Shown piece by piece: positions 49,001 through 62,742 of a DNA stretch of 64,000 bases. The stretch is from Octopus vulgaris. Lineage: Eukaryota. The number at the start of each line of letters is the position of its first letter. Position 1 is the stretch's first letter. Location: contig OX597817.1 in the NCBI GenBank assembly GCA_951406725.2, positions 158,348,001 to 158,412,000 of the forward strand. The letters are read 5' to 3'. The position numbers were made by a program, and so were the translations under genes. A model generated the notes under the pieces. That model had not been told where the DNA came from. It worked only from the letters and a program-made list of their open reading frames with translations, and did not search any database.

Positions 49001-50168
49001 ATATTAAGCTTGGCCATTTCCTTGTTGGTAACAGTATCCTTTTTTTTTGTCTGCTAGAACTTGTCTTTAACATCTAAAGCTCTCAATTCTTTGCCTGACT
49101 AGTTATGACCTGGAGCACTGTTTATAAACAAGCTACCAAGCTATAATGGAAATCTACTTATAATATTCTTCACCAAGCTCCTCCAGGCAATGAACGCAAT
49201 TTTTTTTTTTTTTTTTTTTTAAGGCTAAGAATTTCTCACAAAAAAAAAAAAAAAAAAAAAAAAGGCAAGATATTTAGATTTGCACCAGATCTTGATATGA
49301 ACACAGACTATGCCTCTAATTTTCCCTATGCACTCAGTAATTCCTCAGAGATCAAATGCATCATCATCATTTTGATTTATTTGACACACAGCTTAATAAT
49401 CTGGAACAGCTTTGATCTTCATAAATGGTGGGGAGAAAAAAAAAATCACTTGTTTAGCCCCACTTCACCTCCTTCGAAATCTTTGTTCTATTCTACAACT
49501 ACGTTAATCTCCATAAATCTGGTCTATGGTTTTAAGAAAGGCTTAGTTTCTTCCTTTCTCATTATAGGCATCACTTTTGTAACCCAACAGTAATAATGTA
49601 TGGTAGAAAGATCTTTCATATCTCCTTCAATTTTTTTTATATCTCTGACTTTTGTCCTTGGGTACCTAATTACTAGATAATGTAGACTGGTACAACTTCC
49701 ATCAGTGAAAAGACTTATCACTAATAATTAGCTAATTTCAGCAGTTTTACTTGATCTTTTAAGAAGTTTGATTGGGGAAATTGATACAGTAGAATGAAAA
49801 GTAGTAAAAGCTGCTAGGCACAAGGCCTGAAATTTTGGGGGAGGGAGCCAGTCAATTATATCAACCCCAGTACACAACCGGTACTTAATTTATCGACCCT
49901 GAAAGGATGAAAGGCAAAGTCGCCCTCGGCGGAATTTGAACTCAGAACATAGACACATGAAATACCACTAGGCATTTCGCCCACGTACTAACGTTTTTGT
50001 CAGCTCGTTGCCTTACAACAATAACGATATTACTCAACAAATGTATTTCTATACAGACCATTGTTGTTGAAAGTAGTGAAACATGTACTTAACTACTTTA
50101 TAATTAAACAAAATACTTGTTGTTGATGAAATATTGCTTGAATAATCTTTGTAAATTTATCAGATAAA

Positions 50169-50644
50169 CTAGTATTATAACCCGATTTCATTCGGATCTA
50201 CTTGGGCCACATTTTAAAGATGAGGAATTAAAAAAAAAAAAAACGAAAATTTTATTAAAAATTAAAAAGAAAATGTGAGCAAAAAGCACTCGTTTTTCTC
50301 ACAATGAAAAATCGTTTCCTAGTAGCCAGAATTTCGCGACAAAGTGTGTTTATTAAGCACAACAGCCTGCAGTACATTAAAAGCCAATCGCACAAACCTA
50401 GAGGGGGCTCTGGGCCCCCTTGAATTGACAAAAAAAAAAGAAACAAAAAAAACCCCGCTCTTTTTGCCATAGCAACCACATCTTTATAGCTTGTGAATTT
50501 TAACCATCGCGGGTCTCATCCTCACCACACATTTAGTATCCCTGCCAATTTTCAGCTCGATCCTACCCTTGGTTTGGCTGCCATTATCCGTCAAAGCAAA
50601 ATGTGCATACAATTTTCTTCCAAGGACTGTTTTATAGATATAGA
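50169..50644 (-). mobile_element. Non-autonomous Helitron
   Basis: Minus strand TCTATATCTATAAAA start, hairpin CCGAATGAAATCGG, CTAG|T end. Confidence 0.65.
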
Positions 50645-53600
50645 TAAATAACATTTAAAAAGCAAATCGGTTGTTAAAAATTACTGGGGTTTCTTCGAAT
50701 ACACAGCATCCTCTGTTCTGAAAAATTCACCGTGTATCTAAGTCAAAGAATGAGGAAGTCAGACCAAGATGAAATACATGTTAACATGTATTACATTTTA
50801 GTCTGACTTTGATACTAGCATGATAGTGAGGGTAGGGAAAAAACCCGCTCTTTTTGCCACAGCAACCACATCTTTATAGCTTGTGGAGGCACAATGGCCC
50901 AGTGGTTAGGGCAGCGGACTCATGGTTTTGATTCCCAGACCGGGCGTTGTGAGTGTTTATTGAGCGAAAACACCTAAAAAAGCTCCACGAGGCTCCGGCA
51001 GGGGATGGTGGTGATCCCTGCTGTACTCTTTCACCACAACTTTCTCTCACTCTTACTTCCTGTTTCTGTTGTACCTGTATTTCAAGGGACCGGCCTTGTC
51101 ACTCTCTGTGTCACGCTGAATATCCCTGAGAACTACGTTAAGGGTACACGTGTCTGTGGAATGCTCAGCCACTTACACGTTAATTTCACGAGCAGGCTGT
51201 TCCGTTGATTCGGATCAACCGGAACCCTCATCATCATAACCGATGGAGTGCTTCCCAGGGAAAAAACAAAACAAAACAAAGAATAACACTATTTTTAACT
51301 AAAATATTATAGTCTGAAACAAATATTGTACGCCACTGGAATACTTTTATTGAGAGCAACTTTTACTGTAGGAAATTCACCACCCATGATTGAGAATTTT
51401 CAACCTGATACCTGCATGATCTTAAATAAGCCGCCAGATTGTTAGCATGTCAACGCTTAGCAGCATTGTGACTGTCTTTATGTTCTGAGTTCAAATTCTG
51501 CTGAGATCAACATTGCCTTTCTTTCTTTTAGGATCAATAAACAGTTAAACAATCGGGTCAATGTAATCAACTTACCCCCATGCTCAAAACTGCTGGCCTT
51601 GTGCCAAAAAAAAAAAAAAAAAAAAGATTAGGGACACTATCCTTCTTACTATAATTACTTTCAACCTCAGAATAAGATTAATTTCAGGATATCAGATTTT
51701 AGTTGGTCCTGTACTAATTGAACTGTAATTAATTAAAGTTATATTCTACTTTCTTAAATTAGATTTTAATTATCTTCTTTCAAGCCAAGTTTAGAGATTT
51801 TTGTTCTACACTTGCCATTCAACAATGCTTTAGAAATTGGACTGTTTTAATTTAATTAGTTTTACTCACAAGAAAACAACCAATGTTAAATTGACATAAT
51901 TTTTAAAATAGACTGCAGAAATTATACAAGTCCATTGTTTGAAAGTTTTTAGACTTTCGATAATGACGGTGTGGAAGCTTGCTGGATGAAAAAGAAAGTT
52001 ATAGTGCCACGTACTGAATGATATATATATATATATATATGTATGGGGAAAAAAAATCCATCGAAATTTCCTTCTAAGTTGGGGAAAGGAAAAAAAAAAA
52101 AAAAACCTAGCAGATATTCTTAGCAAGTCTCAAAGGTGGTAGCAAGTCTCAAAGGTGGTAGGTATGATTTCAAAAGATCAAATTATCTTGTCAAGTTAAA
52201 TTTTCCTAACTTTTTCCTTAACAATTTTGTTCCATACAAAGCTTGAGGCCACTATTTGTAAGGGACCTAAAAATTCTTGGGCCTTTAAGCTTTTCTATTA
52301 ATCAGAAAAAAAAAAAAAAAAAAAAAAATAATTTTTTTTCTGATTAATAAAGAGCTTAAAGGCCCAAATATAAAGGTAAACATGATGGTTGTCAGTTATT
52401 TCAGAAGCAGTTCAAGGATAAAAGCTATCAGAATAAAAGGATTTATGACTAACAGGAAGATCAACAGAGAAATGATGTACCTGGGAAAAGAATCAAGTGA
52501 GCATATATTTAAAGATCTTGACTGTGGGTACTTGACCAGAGAGAGAAATGACAATGAGCCAAAGACTCTAACCTAGTAGAAGGAAGAGGACCATCTATGT
52601 TAATTTGATTTTGAATTTAGTCAAGCAAGGCACCAACCCAAAAGATGACAGCAAGGTTGAATGGTGACCTTTCAACCTTGAGTACAAGATACTCTCAGGT
52701 ATAAAAGCAAAAAAAACTAAAGGGGTAAACATGATTTTTGTTTAAGCCTTAATGGACAACATCAATATACTATAATCAAGCCTGTTTCCATCACTTAATA
52801 GTTTTGACATAGGCATAGGAGTGGCTGTGTGGTAAGTAGCTTATGAACCACATAGTTCCGGGTTCAGTCCCACTGCATGGCACCTTGGACAAGTGTCTTC
52901 TACTGTAGCCTCGGGCTAACCAAAGCCTCGAGTGGATTTGGTAGACAGAAACTGAAAGAAGCCCATCGTTTATATATGTATGTGTGTCTGTTTGTCCCCT
53001 CAACCGATGCTGGTGTGTTTATGTCCCCGTAACATAGCAGTTCAGCAAAAGAGACTGATAGAATAAGTATTAGGCTTACAAAGAATAAGTCCTGGGGTCA
53101 ATTTGCTCAACTAAAAGGCGGTGCTCCAGCATGGCCACAGTCACATGACTGAAACATGTAAAAGAGTATAGATTGCGAAAGAAAAATAAAATTTTGATCG
53201 GTCTTTTCCTTATGCATGTCATTCTTAATTTCTCAAAATTATCTTCCCTTCTCTTAGAGTTGCTAATTAATGCTATGTTTGTTTTCTCCAACTAAGAAGC
53301 TTTCACTTATTGGAGATTGTTGTAATTCAGTCCATTCTGTTTTTATTTGTAATACAACTAGACCAACTGCTTTTGTGACATTCTATAACCTAAACTGTTC
53401 TTCAGACCGGAAACCTGTGCATTGCTCTCTCTCTCTCTCTTCAAATTTAAATGGTGGTTTTTTAAAAAAATTTTTGGACTAGCTAAAAAGCATAGTATTT
53501 ATGGAGGTATGACAATTGTATAAGCAAAATTGTGAAGCTGCATGGCTCAGTGGTTAGAGCGTTGAGCTTATGATGCTGAGGTTGTGAGTTTGAATCCCGG

Positions 53601-54117
53601 ACCTTACGGCTTGCTGGGACCTGTGAAACCATTCAACCCATGCCAGCAGGGAAAATGGAAGTTAAATGCTGTTGTTGATGATAATGAAAATAATGACAAT
53701 TGTTGTACATTAAACTTTTTGCAAATCTGGAGCGAATTATCAAAGAAATGGTTTAAAAGCTGTATATGTCCTCCTTTCAGGAAGGCATTAGCTTCACAAA
53801 AGAACTGACTTGGTCCAACATGCAAACGTGGACCTAAAATGTTGATGGTGAAAGTTTAACAATTTTTACTTAGGTAAACTAAATCTCAAAAAGCAATACA
53901 GATATGTAAATTCACAAAGGCAGAATAATTAGTGAAATTATGGTCCACAGGTTGAAGTATGGTTTCCAAAATTTAATGTTTAACTCAGGACATCAAGTTG
54001 AAAAGTTGGTCAGAAATGCTTCTAAATTCAAAATGAAAACAGAAGACTTATTTAAAATAAAAATATTTATATCCAAATGAAAATCATGAATCTGTAGCTG
54101 AAAACAGTAGAAGCCAA

Positions 54118-57100
54118 TCACTGCCGTTTTCCAGACTTCTTTATGCCACCTCCACCTGAAATGAAAAAGATTTACATTTTGTAACAAAGCTAATAATCAT
54201 CACCACCCCAAACATTTCAGCTAGTAAACACATTTTTATTTAACATTAACGCTTTATAAAACTACAAAGACGAATAGGATAATGTATCTTCATAATACTT
54301 TATTAATCCTTTACCATTTAAACTGGCCATGTCTGGCCTTTCACTTCTACTCTACAATATAATTCTAAAGATAAACAAGCACATCATCAAAATCTCAAAG
54401 ATATGAGATAATGCATGAGTAATTCAAAACAATGTGTATAAATAAGCATTACAATTGACAGTAAAATGAATGCTAAAGGGGTAAATATAATTTCTTTACC
54501 TCTCATCAGGAACTCTTTTGATTAAATATCAGAGACACTGGCTACAATTTAGTAAACAAGAAAGCTCGTATAGACATTTAAGGCAGTGAGTTGGCAGAAA
54601 TGTTAGCACGCCGGGCGAAATGCTTAGCTGTATTTCGTCTCTTTACATTCCGAGTTCAAATTCCACCGAGGTTGACTTTGTCTTTCATCCTTTCTGGGTC
54701 GATAAATTAAGTACCAGTTACGCACTGGGGTCGATGTAATTGACTTAATCCCTTTGTCTGTCCCCTCTATGTTTAGCCCCTTGTGGCCAATAAAGAAATA
54801 AAGCTTGTATAGACTGTGACAGGAAGATAACCCTTGCTTCCGTAATACCTCGAAAATGTCAATTATGGTAAACACCTCTCAGCTTATATCTCAGATATTT
54901 ATCTTAAAACACAGAATTATGCAACCAATCCATTTTCCTGTAATTATGACAACCTAATCTCTTTCAAAACAGATTCAACTGCTACACAAAGATCACCTTG
55001 CATTACGCCCTCCTCACAAACCACCAAAGATATATCTCATACATCCTCTTGTTTATAAAATCTCTTATCCCTGACCATATTAAAAAAGCATAGTGGACTA
55101 CACTCACGGAGTGGTTGGCGTTAGGAAGGGCATCCAGTCGTAGAAACACTGCCAGATCTGACTGGGCCTGATGCGGCCTTCCGGCTTCACAGACCCCAGT
55201 TGAACCGTCCAACCCATGCTAGCATGGTAAACGGATGCTAAATGATGATGATGATGATGACCTGACACCTCCAAAACATTAACCAGAACCGTCCTATTAT
55301 TTTTTGCTAAAGTTCACCAACATAACCAATATTCAGATGATATACATACCCATTGGGCCTTTCTGAGTTGCTTTAGCCCTTGCATCTTTTAAAGCTTTTT
55401 CTTTTTCTTTCTCCTTTTGCTTAAATGCTAAATCATCCTGCCAAACAGATACAATACATCATATTAGAAAACAACCAGAAGTAGAAGTTGGAAATACCAA
55501 AGAACTGCACAAATCTCACACCAGACAATATGTTCATGCACAAGCATGAAAATGCCTTTTATGATTTAAATTTAAAAAAATTAAATTCCTTACATGATCT
55601 AATTCTTTGGAATCCTTTTTAGGGGCCTTTAAAGGCTTCTTTTTCCCACCTGTGAATTAAAAACAAAAAAAATTACTGTACAGGAAAACAGATTATATTG
55701 ATTAAACATGTATTGTAGAACACCATCTACCCCTTGAACACTGCTGGTGTTGTGTTACCTCTTCAGAAGACAAGTCGTTAGCTACCTAAGGGTTAACATA
55801 CAATAGAGTTCATTGTCATCTTGCACACAGAAGTTAATTAGTCGAAGATATTTTTAATCAATTGAAATTTTAACTGGAATGAGATAAAAAGTCATTAGAA
55901 GTTACTCTTTTATTTGTTTCAGTCATTTGACTGTGGCCATGCTGGAGCACCGTCTATAATCGAGCAAATCGACCCCAGGACTTATTCTTTGTAAGCCTAG
56001 TACTTATTCTATCGGTCACTTTTGCCGAACCGGTAAGTTACGAGGAAGTAAACACACCAGCATCAGTTGTCAAGCGATGTTGGGGGGACAAACACAGACA
56101 CACATACATATATACGGGCTTCTTCCAGTTTCCGTCAACCAAATCCACTCACAAGGCTTCGGTCAGCCCAAGGCTATAGTAGAAGACACTTGCCCAAGGT
56201 GCCACGCAGTGGGACTGAATCCGGAACCATGTGGTTGGTAAGCAAGCTACTTACCACATAGCCACTCCTACGCCTTGTACTGAAAATTGCTTTCAAATGG
56301 GGAGAATGAAGAGAACTCTAATTTTAATCCAGCAAAAATTAAATGGAGAATTGCAAGAAGAGAGAATTCAACTGGGAAGCTACAGTACAAGTCCAAGCAT
56401 GGTCAAGGTCAGACCTCATGTAAGACAGATGATCAAAAGCTTTCTAACCATGATTCCAGCCTCCATTTAACCCAGACCATGTTATCCAATGCTATATTTC
56501 TGGTAAGACAGCTGCAGGGGAAATACCTAGCCAAAGATAAACTTCTGTACCTGGCTTTCATAGACATGGAGAAAGCCTTTGACAGGGTCCCCTGATCCCT
56601 TATCTGATGGTCAATGAAGAAACTAGGGATAGATGAATGTTTAGTGAGAGCTGTACAAGCCATGTACAGGGATGCTGTCAGTAAGATGAGGGTTGACAAT
56701 GAATATAGTGAAGAATTCTGTGTAGGGGTCTACCAAGGATCAGTCTTCAGCCCCCTCTTATTCATCATAGTCATCCAGGCAATAACAGAGGAATTCAAGA
56801 CAGGATGCCCCTGGGAGTTTCTCTATGCTTTAATAGCTGAGTCACTATCAGAACTAGAGAAGTTTCAGGTGTGGAAGCAAAGTATAGAATCGAAGATCCT
56901 AAGAGTCAATGTAGCAAAAACCAAAGTCTTAGTAAGTAGGAAGGCAGACAAATCATAAATCCCTTGAGGTAGATGGCCCTGTTCAATCTGTAGAAAAGGC
57001 ATAGGTAGAAACTCCATAAGATGTACCTGGTGTAAGCAATGGACACACAAAAGGTGCAGCAATATCAAAGGAAGGGAAGATAGTTTTTGTGTGTGGCAGA

Positions 57101-60100
57101 TGCACAGGAGCAAAAACTGGAAGTAGTTGATAGCTTCTGTTACCTAGGTGACCAAGTCAGTAGTGGGGATGGATGCTCTGAGAGCATAGCTGCTAGAATA
57201 AGAATAGTCTAGGGGAAGTTCAGAGAGCTCTTACCTCTGCTGGGAACAAAGGGTCTCTTGCTCAGAATGAACGGTAGACTGTAAGACGAATGTGTGCGAA
57301 TAGCCATGCTACATGGCAGTGAAACGGGCTGTGACTGTTGAGGACATGTGTAAGCTTGCGAGAAGCTAGTATGCTCCCCTGGATGTGTTAATGATGGTGT
57401 GCATACACTAGAGTGTAAGCACCCTGAGAGAAAAGTTGGACATAAGCATCGGATGTGGTGTGCAAGAGAGATGACTGCGCTGGTATGGTCATGTGTTGCA
57501 TATGGATGAAACTCTAACAGTGGAGGGAACCTGTGGAAGAGGTAGACTCAGGAAGACATGGGATGAGGTAGTGAAGCACGACCTTTGAACATCGGGCCTC
57601 ACGGAGGCAATGACAAGCGACTGAGACCATTGGAGATATGCTGTGCTTGAGAAGACCTGGCAAGCCAAGTGAGACCGTAGCCATGGCTTATGCCAGTGTT
57701 GCATTAACCGGCCCATTTAAGAGTATCCTTCAATCAATGGGCAATAAACTGTGTTTGAGAAAACCTGTTGAGTCAAGTGAAATCATTGTCATGCCACTTG
57801 ACTGGCACCCATGCCAGTGGCATGTAAAAAGCACCATTTGAGTGTGGTTGATGCCAGTCCCACAGTACTGGCTCCCGTACTGGTGGCACATAAAAAGCAC
57901 CCACTACATTCTCGGAGTAGCTGATGTTAGGAAAGGCACCCAGCTGTGGAAACCTTGCTAGATTAGATTGGAGCCTGGTACCACCTCCTGACTTGCCAGC
58001 CATTAGTCAAACCATCCAACCCATGCCAGCATGGAAAGCAGACATTAACTGATGATGATGGCAGGATGAAAGTTAAAGTCCACCAGGACAAGGTCTTAAC
58101 ACAAAATATAACCTGACAACCTCCAGTGCTTTATGATTTTGCCACCCATAATGATCGAATGGCTCTCTTGTTTGCTGCTGTTTGAAATTACACACAATTC
58201 TAGTCACTTTTTCACCAAAATAGAGACAACATCAACAGCCCCCTCCCTATACAAGTTCCCTCTTCAACTGGTAAAAAACTCCAAAACATCACGCTATGAG
58301 GACAAAAGCATCACAAACAGACATTACACATCTAAAACCACCTACACTATTTACAATCACAACTAAACTCCCTGTAGTGATCACACAGCCAGTATCCAAG
58401 AAATTGATGGAGTACATAAACAAGTGACCGAGTTAAAAAGCTATCATTCCAGACATGGATAAAAGAGGGAGATTCTTGGAGATGAAGGACATGGTCATTT
58501 ATAACCTTTTCCATTATTCTTGAGACAATTGGAAGTGAAAGTGATAGGAATAATTCTGTTTGAGAGTTAGGTATATAATGTTTTGCATAATTTTGGCAAG
58601 GAAATTATAGCATTTAGTAAGGATAGGAGTTACCTCTGGAATAAACTGATAGTAACAGAAGAAGCATTCTAAGATTACACTTGATTGAGCAAGCATATGA
58701 TTAAAACTATGATATTCTGTACTTCTTGTTGCTTGAGGCCTATTATCTTGCTCACTTGCTCTTTATCTTACACAAACCACTTTCTAGATAAGATGGTGTG
58801 TTACCTTTGCCCTGGGTCTTTGGGAAATATTGTAAGCCTCTGCCCTTAAGACTGTTACCCTGGTGTCTATCAGCACTTTTTGCCTTAGCTGTGACTGCCA
58901 CTTTCATTTTCTCACTGCTCTCACCTCGATGCCAACTGAGGAAAACTTCTGGTCCCTGTACTGCAGCACCTCACTAATTCATGCCACTACAAAAGCCATT
59001 GAACGGGAGAAGCTAGATGTTGCCGTTGTGAGAAAGATTCAGCTACTTGTAGAAAAAGGCCACCAGTCTTCATTTTGAGGGAGTCAACTGTTGTCAGGAC
59101 TCTATCAAGAAGTAGAGGTCACAAAACTTGGGACCCAGATACAATATTGATAGAACCAGGCCTGGTGCCTGCTAGCTTCATGGTCTTAGCTGAACTTTTA
59201 AATAGTAGCAGAATCTTTCATCGTTGAGTCAAAAAGCTTGTTCAGATTCTTGACTGATTGCTCTGTAATGCAGGAGATGGTAAATGGAATTTGTTGACCA
59301 TCACGGTGGGTTTAAAACTTATCTTAGCTCAGGTGATACATTTCTTAAACCCTTGTAGGATCCACTAATTTATAAGGGCCAATATTGCTGTGATGCTAAA
59401 GATGTCCATATGAGTATCTAGCTTTACATTACCACACATATCTCTTTATTTAAGACAGCAGGAGTTGATTTGTGGGAGATTTAGTTATTTCTTGTAGGTT
59501 TAGTATCCATATAAAGACTCAACTTTGTAATTGCACTTCCATGAGAACAAGGCAAACAAAATGGAGACAGACAGTTTGCGAATATTTCTTTCGGGTAGTT
59601 AGAAATAATATGGGCAACAAATGAAGTTGGATTATTAAGAGGACTGTTGTTATAGTTCTGCAAGTTAGTAGAAATTCTTTTGGTTGAAGATCTCACTCTA
59701 GAGGTAAAGTATCACGATTCCAGGCCCAGGAAAGTGACAATTATTCAGAGGGCACCCTGGAGATGGATGGGATGTAATTTTTCAGATAAGATCAGAACTC
59801 TAACACACCATCATTAATCCTCCAGAGCACACCCTACAGATTTAAATTTATTTTCTTAAATTTTTATAATAAAAGGTGCACAACACAAAGGAATAGTTTT
59901 GGTATCCTAAATAATTTGAGCTGGGTGGGGAAGTGGATTCTTTATGCTCAGCAAGATTCCTCAAGTTGATTCACTCATAGAAACCTTAAAGAACAATTCT
60001 ACCCACATTCTAGGGGTCTCACTCTAGAGGTAAAGAATCATGACTCCAGGCCCAGGAAAGTGACGATTCTTCAGAGGGCACCCTGGAGATGGGGTGGGAT

Positions 60101-61687
60101 GTAATTTTTCAGATAAGATCAGAACACTAATACACCATCATCAATCCCTCAGATCACACCCTACAGATTTAAATGAGATGGTCACGGTAGAACGCTTTTG
60201 AGCATGTCTGTTTGATCCGAGCTGACCTTAGATAAACAATGCTATCACTAACAACATATATAACCAGATATTTTGTAATATTACCACGGCATCAGTAAAT
60301 TTTAGAATACAGTAAATGTTTGTTTTGTTATCTTTAAATTTTTATAATCAAAGGTGCACAACACAAAGGAATAGTTTTGTTATCCTAAATAATTTGAGCT
60401 GGGTGGGGAAGTGGATTCTTTACGCTCAGCAGGCTGAGGTCAAGATTCTTTAAGTTGATTCACTCATAGAAACCTTAAAGAACAATTCTACCTACATATT
60501 GAATGAAATATTGCAATGTGTCCCGTTACACTTTGCAACGACCATGGATAAGTTACTGAATGATTAAAAAGGTCTGAACCTCTCTTTTTAAAATAATCAT
60601 AACCATAACCCATGCATTCGAAAAGAAGTACCTCGAAAACGTATCCCCTTCAAATCTTATTAAAAATATGAGCATTAATGACAGATTGCTGCCCGCCACC
60701 ACCGACTTTACGCGGATACAAAGACAGTGGGAGAGGGACTATAGTTATACCGCCAAATTCCCTTACAAATACATCCTTATTGTTTTATAGAACAATGTTA
60801 GTCCCAGATATACAAAAAAGATAGGAAGATCACGACTGAAACACTTTTGATCATAGAAATGGGTCAATCAGAGATGATCTGGATTAACAATCTGTCCGAG
60901 TAATTTAAAACAACTCGAATATTTTTTACTTCTCAGCCCACACATTGACACCAAACACTCCACGTGATATATGGCCATAACATTACTTACGGCAGTAATT
61001 GTCCGAACTAACTACAAAGCTATTTTTATAACTTCTTACTGTTTAATAAAATCGTTTATATTAATTTCCTGATGTTTCACAATTTAATTTCTATCATCTC
61101 TTAAATTTTGATTAGAAGTTTGAATTAATTTAGTACAGAAATACAGATGTTTTTCCAGAGGGGTACATGACCGGCAAGTCATTTGATACGTGACTAAACA
61201 ATTACAGCGTGGAAGAGACATATTAGCCGTTTAAAAGGATACAAAAACTGTTATAAACTTGACTTAAACATTTTTTATATGATAAAAGGTGATAGAATGT
61301 TCGTAGCACGAAATCGCCACATGCTAAATTGACACGCAAAGGAATTAACCATTTATAGATTTCTAAAAAGAAAATACGTACAATTGCAACAGGGAAATTT
61401 ATTCTTAAATCAACATAAAAACATAAAAAGCAATAACTAATTACAACTTCTAATAAAACAATCGCTAACTCAAGAACTTTGGAACAATTAGAGACTTTTG
61501 ATTAATAAATCATTCGATGCTTTGGGCAAGATTCAATTAAAAAACAAAAATAAATCAGAGAAATCAACAATTTAAAAAAATATAAATATACATCAAGACA
61601 TTGAGTAAAGATATTCAGAAATTAAATGACAATATATTAATAATAATAAATATTAGAAAGAAGCTACGCACCAGAACGTCCAGACAT
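54118..61687 (-). CDS. TMA7: Translation machinery-associated protein 7; join(61672-61687,55594-55649,55350-55437,54118-54155), 65 aa
   Basis: Spliced translation [65 protein letters not shown] matches the TMA7/CCDC72 family. GT-AG introns, phases 1,0,1. Missed by the ORF track because the exons are tiny. Confidence 0.95.
56290..58060 (+). mobile_element. Degenerate 5'-truncated RTE-clade LINE in TMA7 intron 1
   Basis: AIFLVRQLQGKY..LAFIDMEKAFDRVP and GVYQGSVFSPLLFII RT motifs with stops and frameshifts; Cys-rich segment; RWYGHVLHM-like C-terminus; 3' UTR ending in (GAT)n. Confidence 0.9.
59691..60497. repeat. Local tandem duplication A-B-A'-x-B' in TMA7 intron 1
   Basis: 59691-59847 ~ 60017-60174 and ~59850-60008 ~ 60332-60497. 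Confidence 0.85.
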
Positions 61688-62098
61688 TTTTAAAATTAAG
61701 TTTCAGAGAAAAAACGCGAACTTTCTTTTGATTGTGAGTGACGAAGGGAAAGAACCAAGGTTTATATAAATGCGCATACTCCAGAGTTGAATGTAAAATG
61801 AGAGTTGGTTCTCGCTAATGAAATACGTAACCATACACAACCTGCTTGATGACAGCGTGCGTTCTTGATAACACACACATACACACATCTCTCACTCTCC
61901 CTCCCCTCTCTCTCAATTATAAATTTACGGTAAAAATATTTCTTTACCTTCACCCGTTTAATACAATAAATGAGTTAATTGCATTGCAATTAAAAACATT
62001 TATGTATCAAGAATCTGGGTACTTTACCAACAGTATATTGGATAAATGCTATCCCATAGTGGATTACACCCATAACCCCTATCTTACTTTGTACTAAA

Positions 62099-62498
62099 CT
62101 AGCAGTATCGCCCGGCGTTGCTCGGGTTTGTAAGGGAAATAACTATATAAGCATTTTTAGAGAGTTATAGCCAAAAAATAGCAAAAAAAATGCATTAAAA
62201 ATGGAAAAAAAAATGATGGTAAATTTTTTTAAAAATCGTTGACTCATCGTAGACATTTTTAGAGAGTTACTTCCCTTATATAATAGCGAAAAAATGCATT
62301 AAAATGGGAAAAATTGATGGTAATTTTTTTTTAAAATCGTAGACTCATCGTAGACGCGCGCTAATACCCAGAAGGGCTCGATATGAATCACGACTATAAG
62401 ATACCCAGTTTTGGTTAAACTGCACCGCAAAATGTGGGAGTAGTTACGAATCTAAATTGTAGGAGACAGACACACAACTTGACTTTTATATATAAAGA
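62099..62498 (-). mobile_element. Non-autonomous Helitron upstream of TMA7
   Basis: Minus strand A|TCTTTATATATAAAA start, hairpin CCCGAGCAACGCCGGG, CTAG|T end; internal ~100-bp duplication. Confidence 0.8.
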
Positions 62499-62742
62499 TA
62501 TACATATATATATAGTGTAAATTAGAGAAAAACCCCCACTATTATGCAATTCAAACAATGATAGACATAAACCAAATTATAAATAACAAATAAAAAATAT
62601 TTTTATAAAACATATAATTAGATCACAAAAAGTATAAAAATGAATAATCAATATACACACATACACACACATACGCACACCCATGTATTGAGTTCTATTT
62701 TTTCTGTTTCTTTCCTCAAAACTATACTGGCAGACTTTCGGG

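Larger units (their letters stand above)
8128..51255. mobile_element. tRNA-derived SINE family C: 8128-8407-, 22855-23175-, 26092-26459-, 28970-29354-, 29950-30247-, 41500-41796-, 50884-51255+
   Basis: Head GGAGGCGCAATGGCCCAGTGGTTAGGGCAGCGGACTCG...GGTTTCGATTCCC; two alternative 3' halves seen among copies. Confidence 0.8.
1290..54800. mobile_element. tRNA-derived SINE family A: 1290-1503-, 8882-9112-, 18204-18467+, 21884-22281- (tandem), 39420-39646+, 49817-50013-, 54580-54800+
   Basis: Head AAGGCGGCGAGCTGGCAGAAACGTTAGC with B-box GAGTTCAAAT; conserved body GGGGTCGATAAATTAAGTACCAG. Confidence 0.8.
1675..55260. mobile_element. About 20 dispersed RTE 3'-tail copies, e.g. 1675-1990+, 2316-2550-, 3093-3367-, 4414-4696+, 10690-10920+, 11131-11414-, 18810-19380+, 23740-24064+, 32548-33190-, 38280-38727+, 40360-40736+, 42677-42983+, 43577-43965+, 47168-47647+, 48013-48450-
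   Basis: Shared core GGAGTGGTTGGCGTTAGGAAGGGCATCCAGCTGTAGAAA...CCCATGCTAGCATGGAAA and (GAT)n tail, matching the 3' UTR of the RTE at 56.3-58.1 kb; variable numbers of an upstream ~60-bp subrepeat. Boundaries approximate. Confidence 0.85.

Noticed and set aside
48500-49100. Mariner transposase remnant on the minus strand
   Set aside because: Only faint TVYRWF and WMPLGL similarity with many stops; insufficient to call
55705-55835. H/ACA snoRNA candidate in TMA7 intron 1
   Set aside because: A short AACACCA/TGGTGTT hairpin followed by ACA exists, but the 5' hairpin and pocket spacing are unconvincing
1601-58003. Recurrent 60-120 aa ORFs such as [18 protein letters not shown] and [23 protein letters not shown]
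   Set aside because: Translations of RTE tails and SINE bodies, not genes
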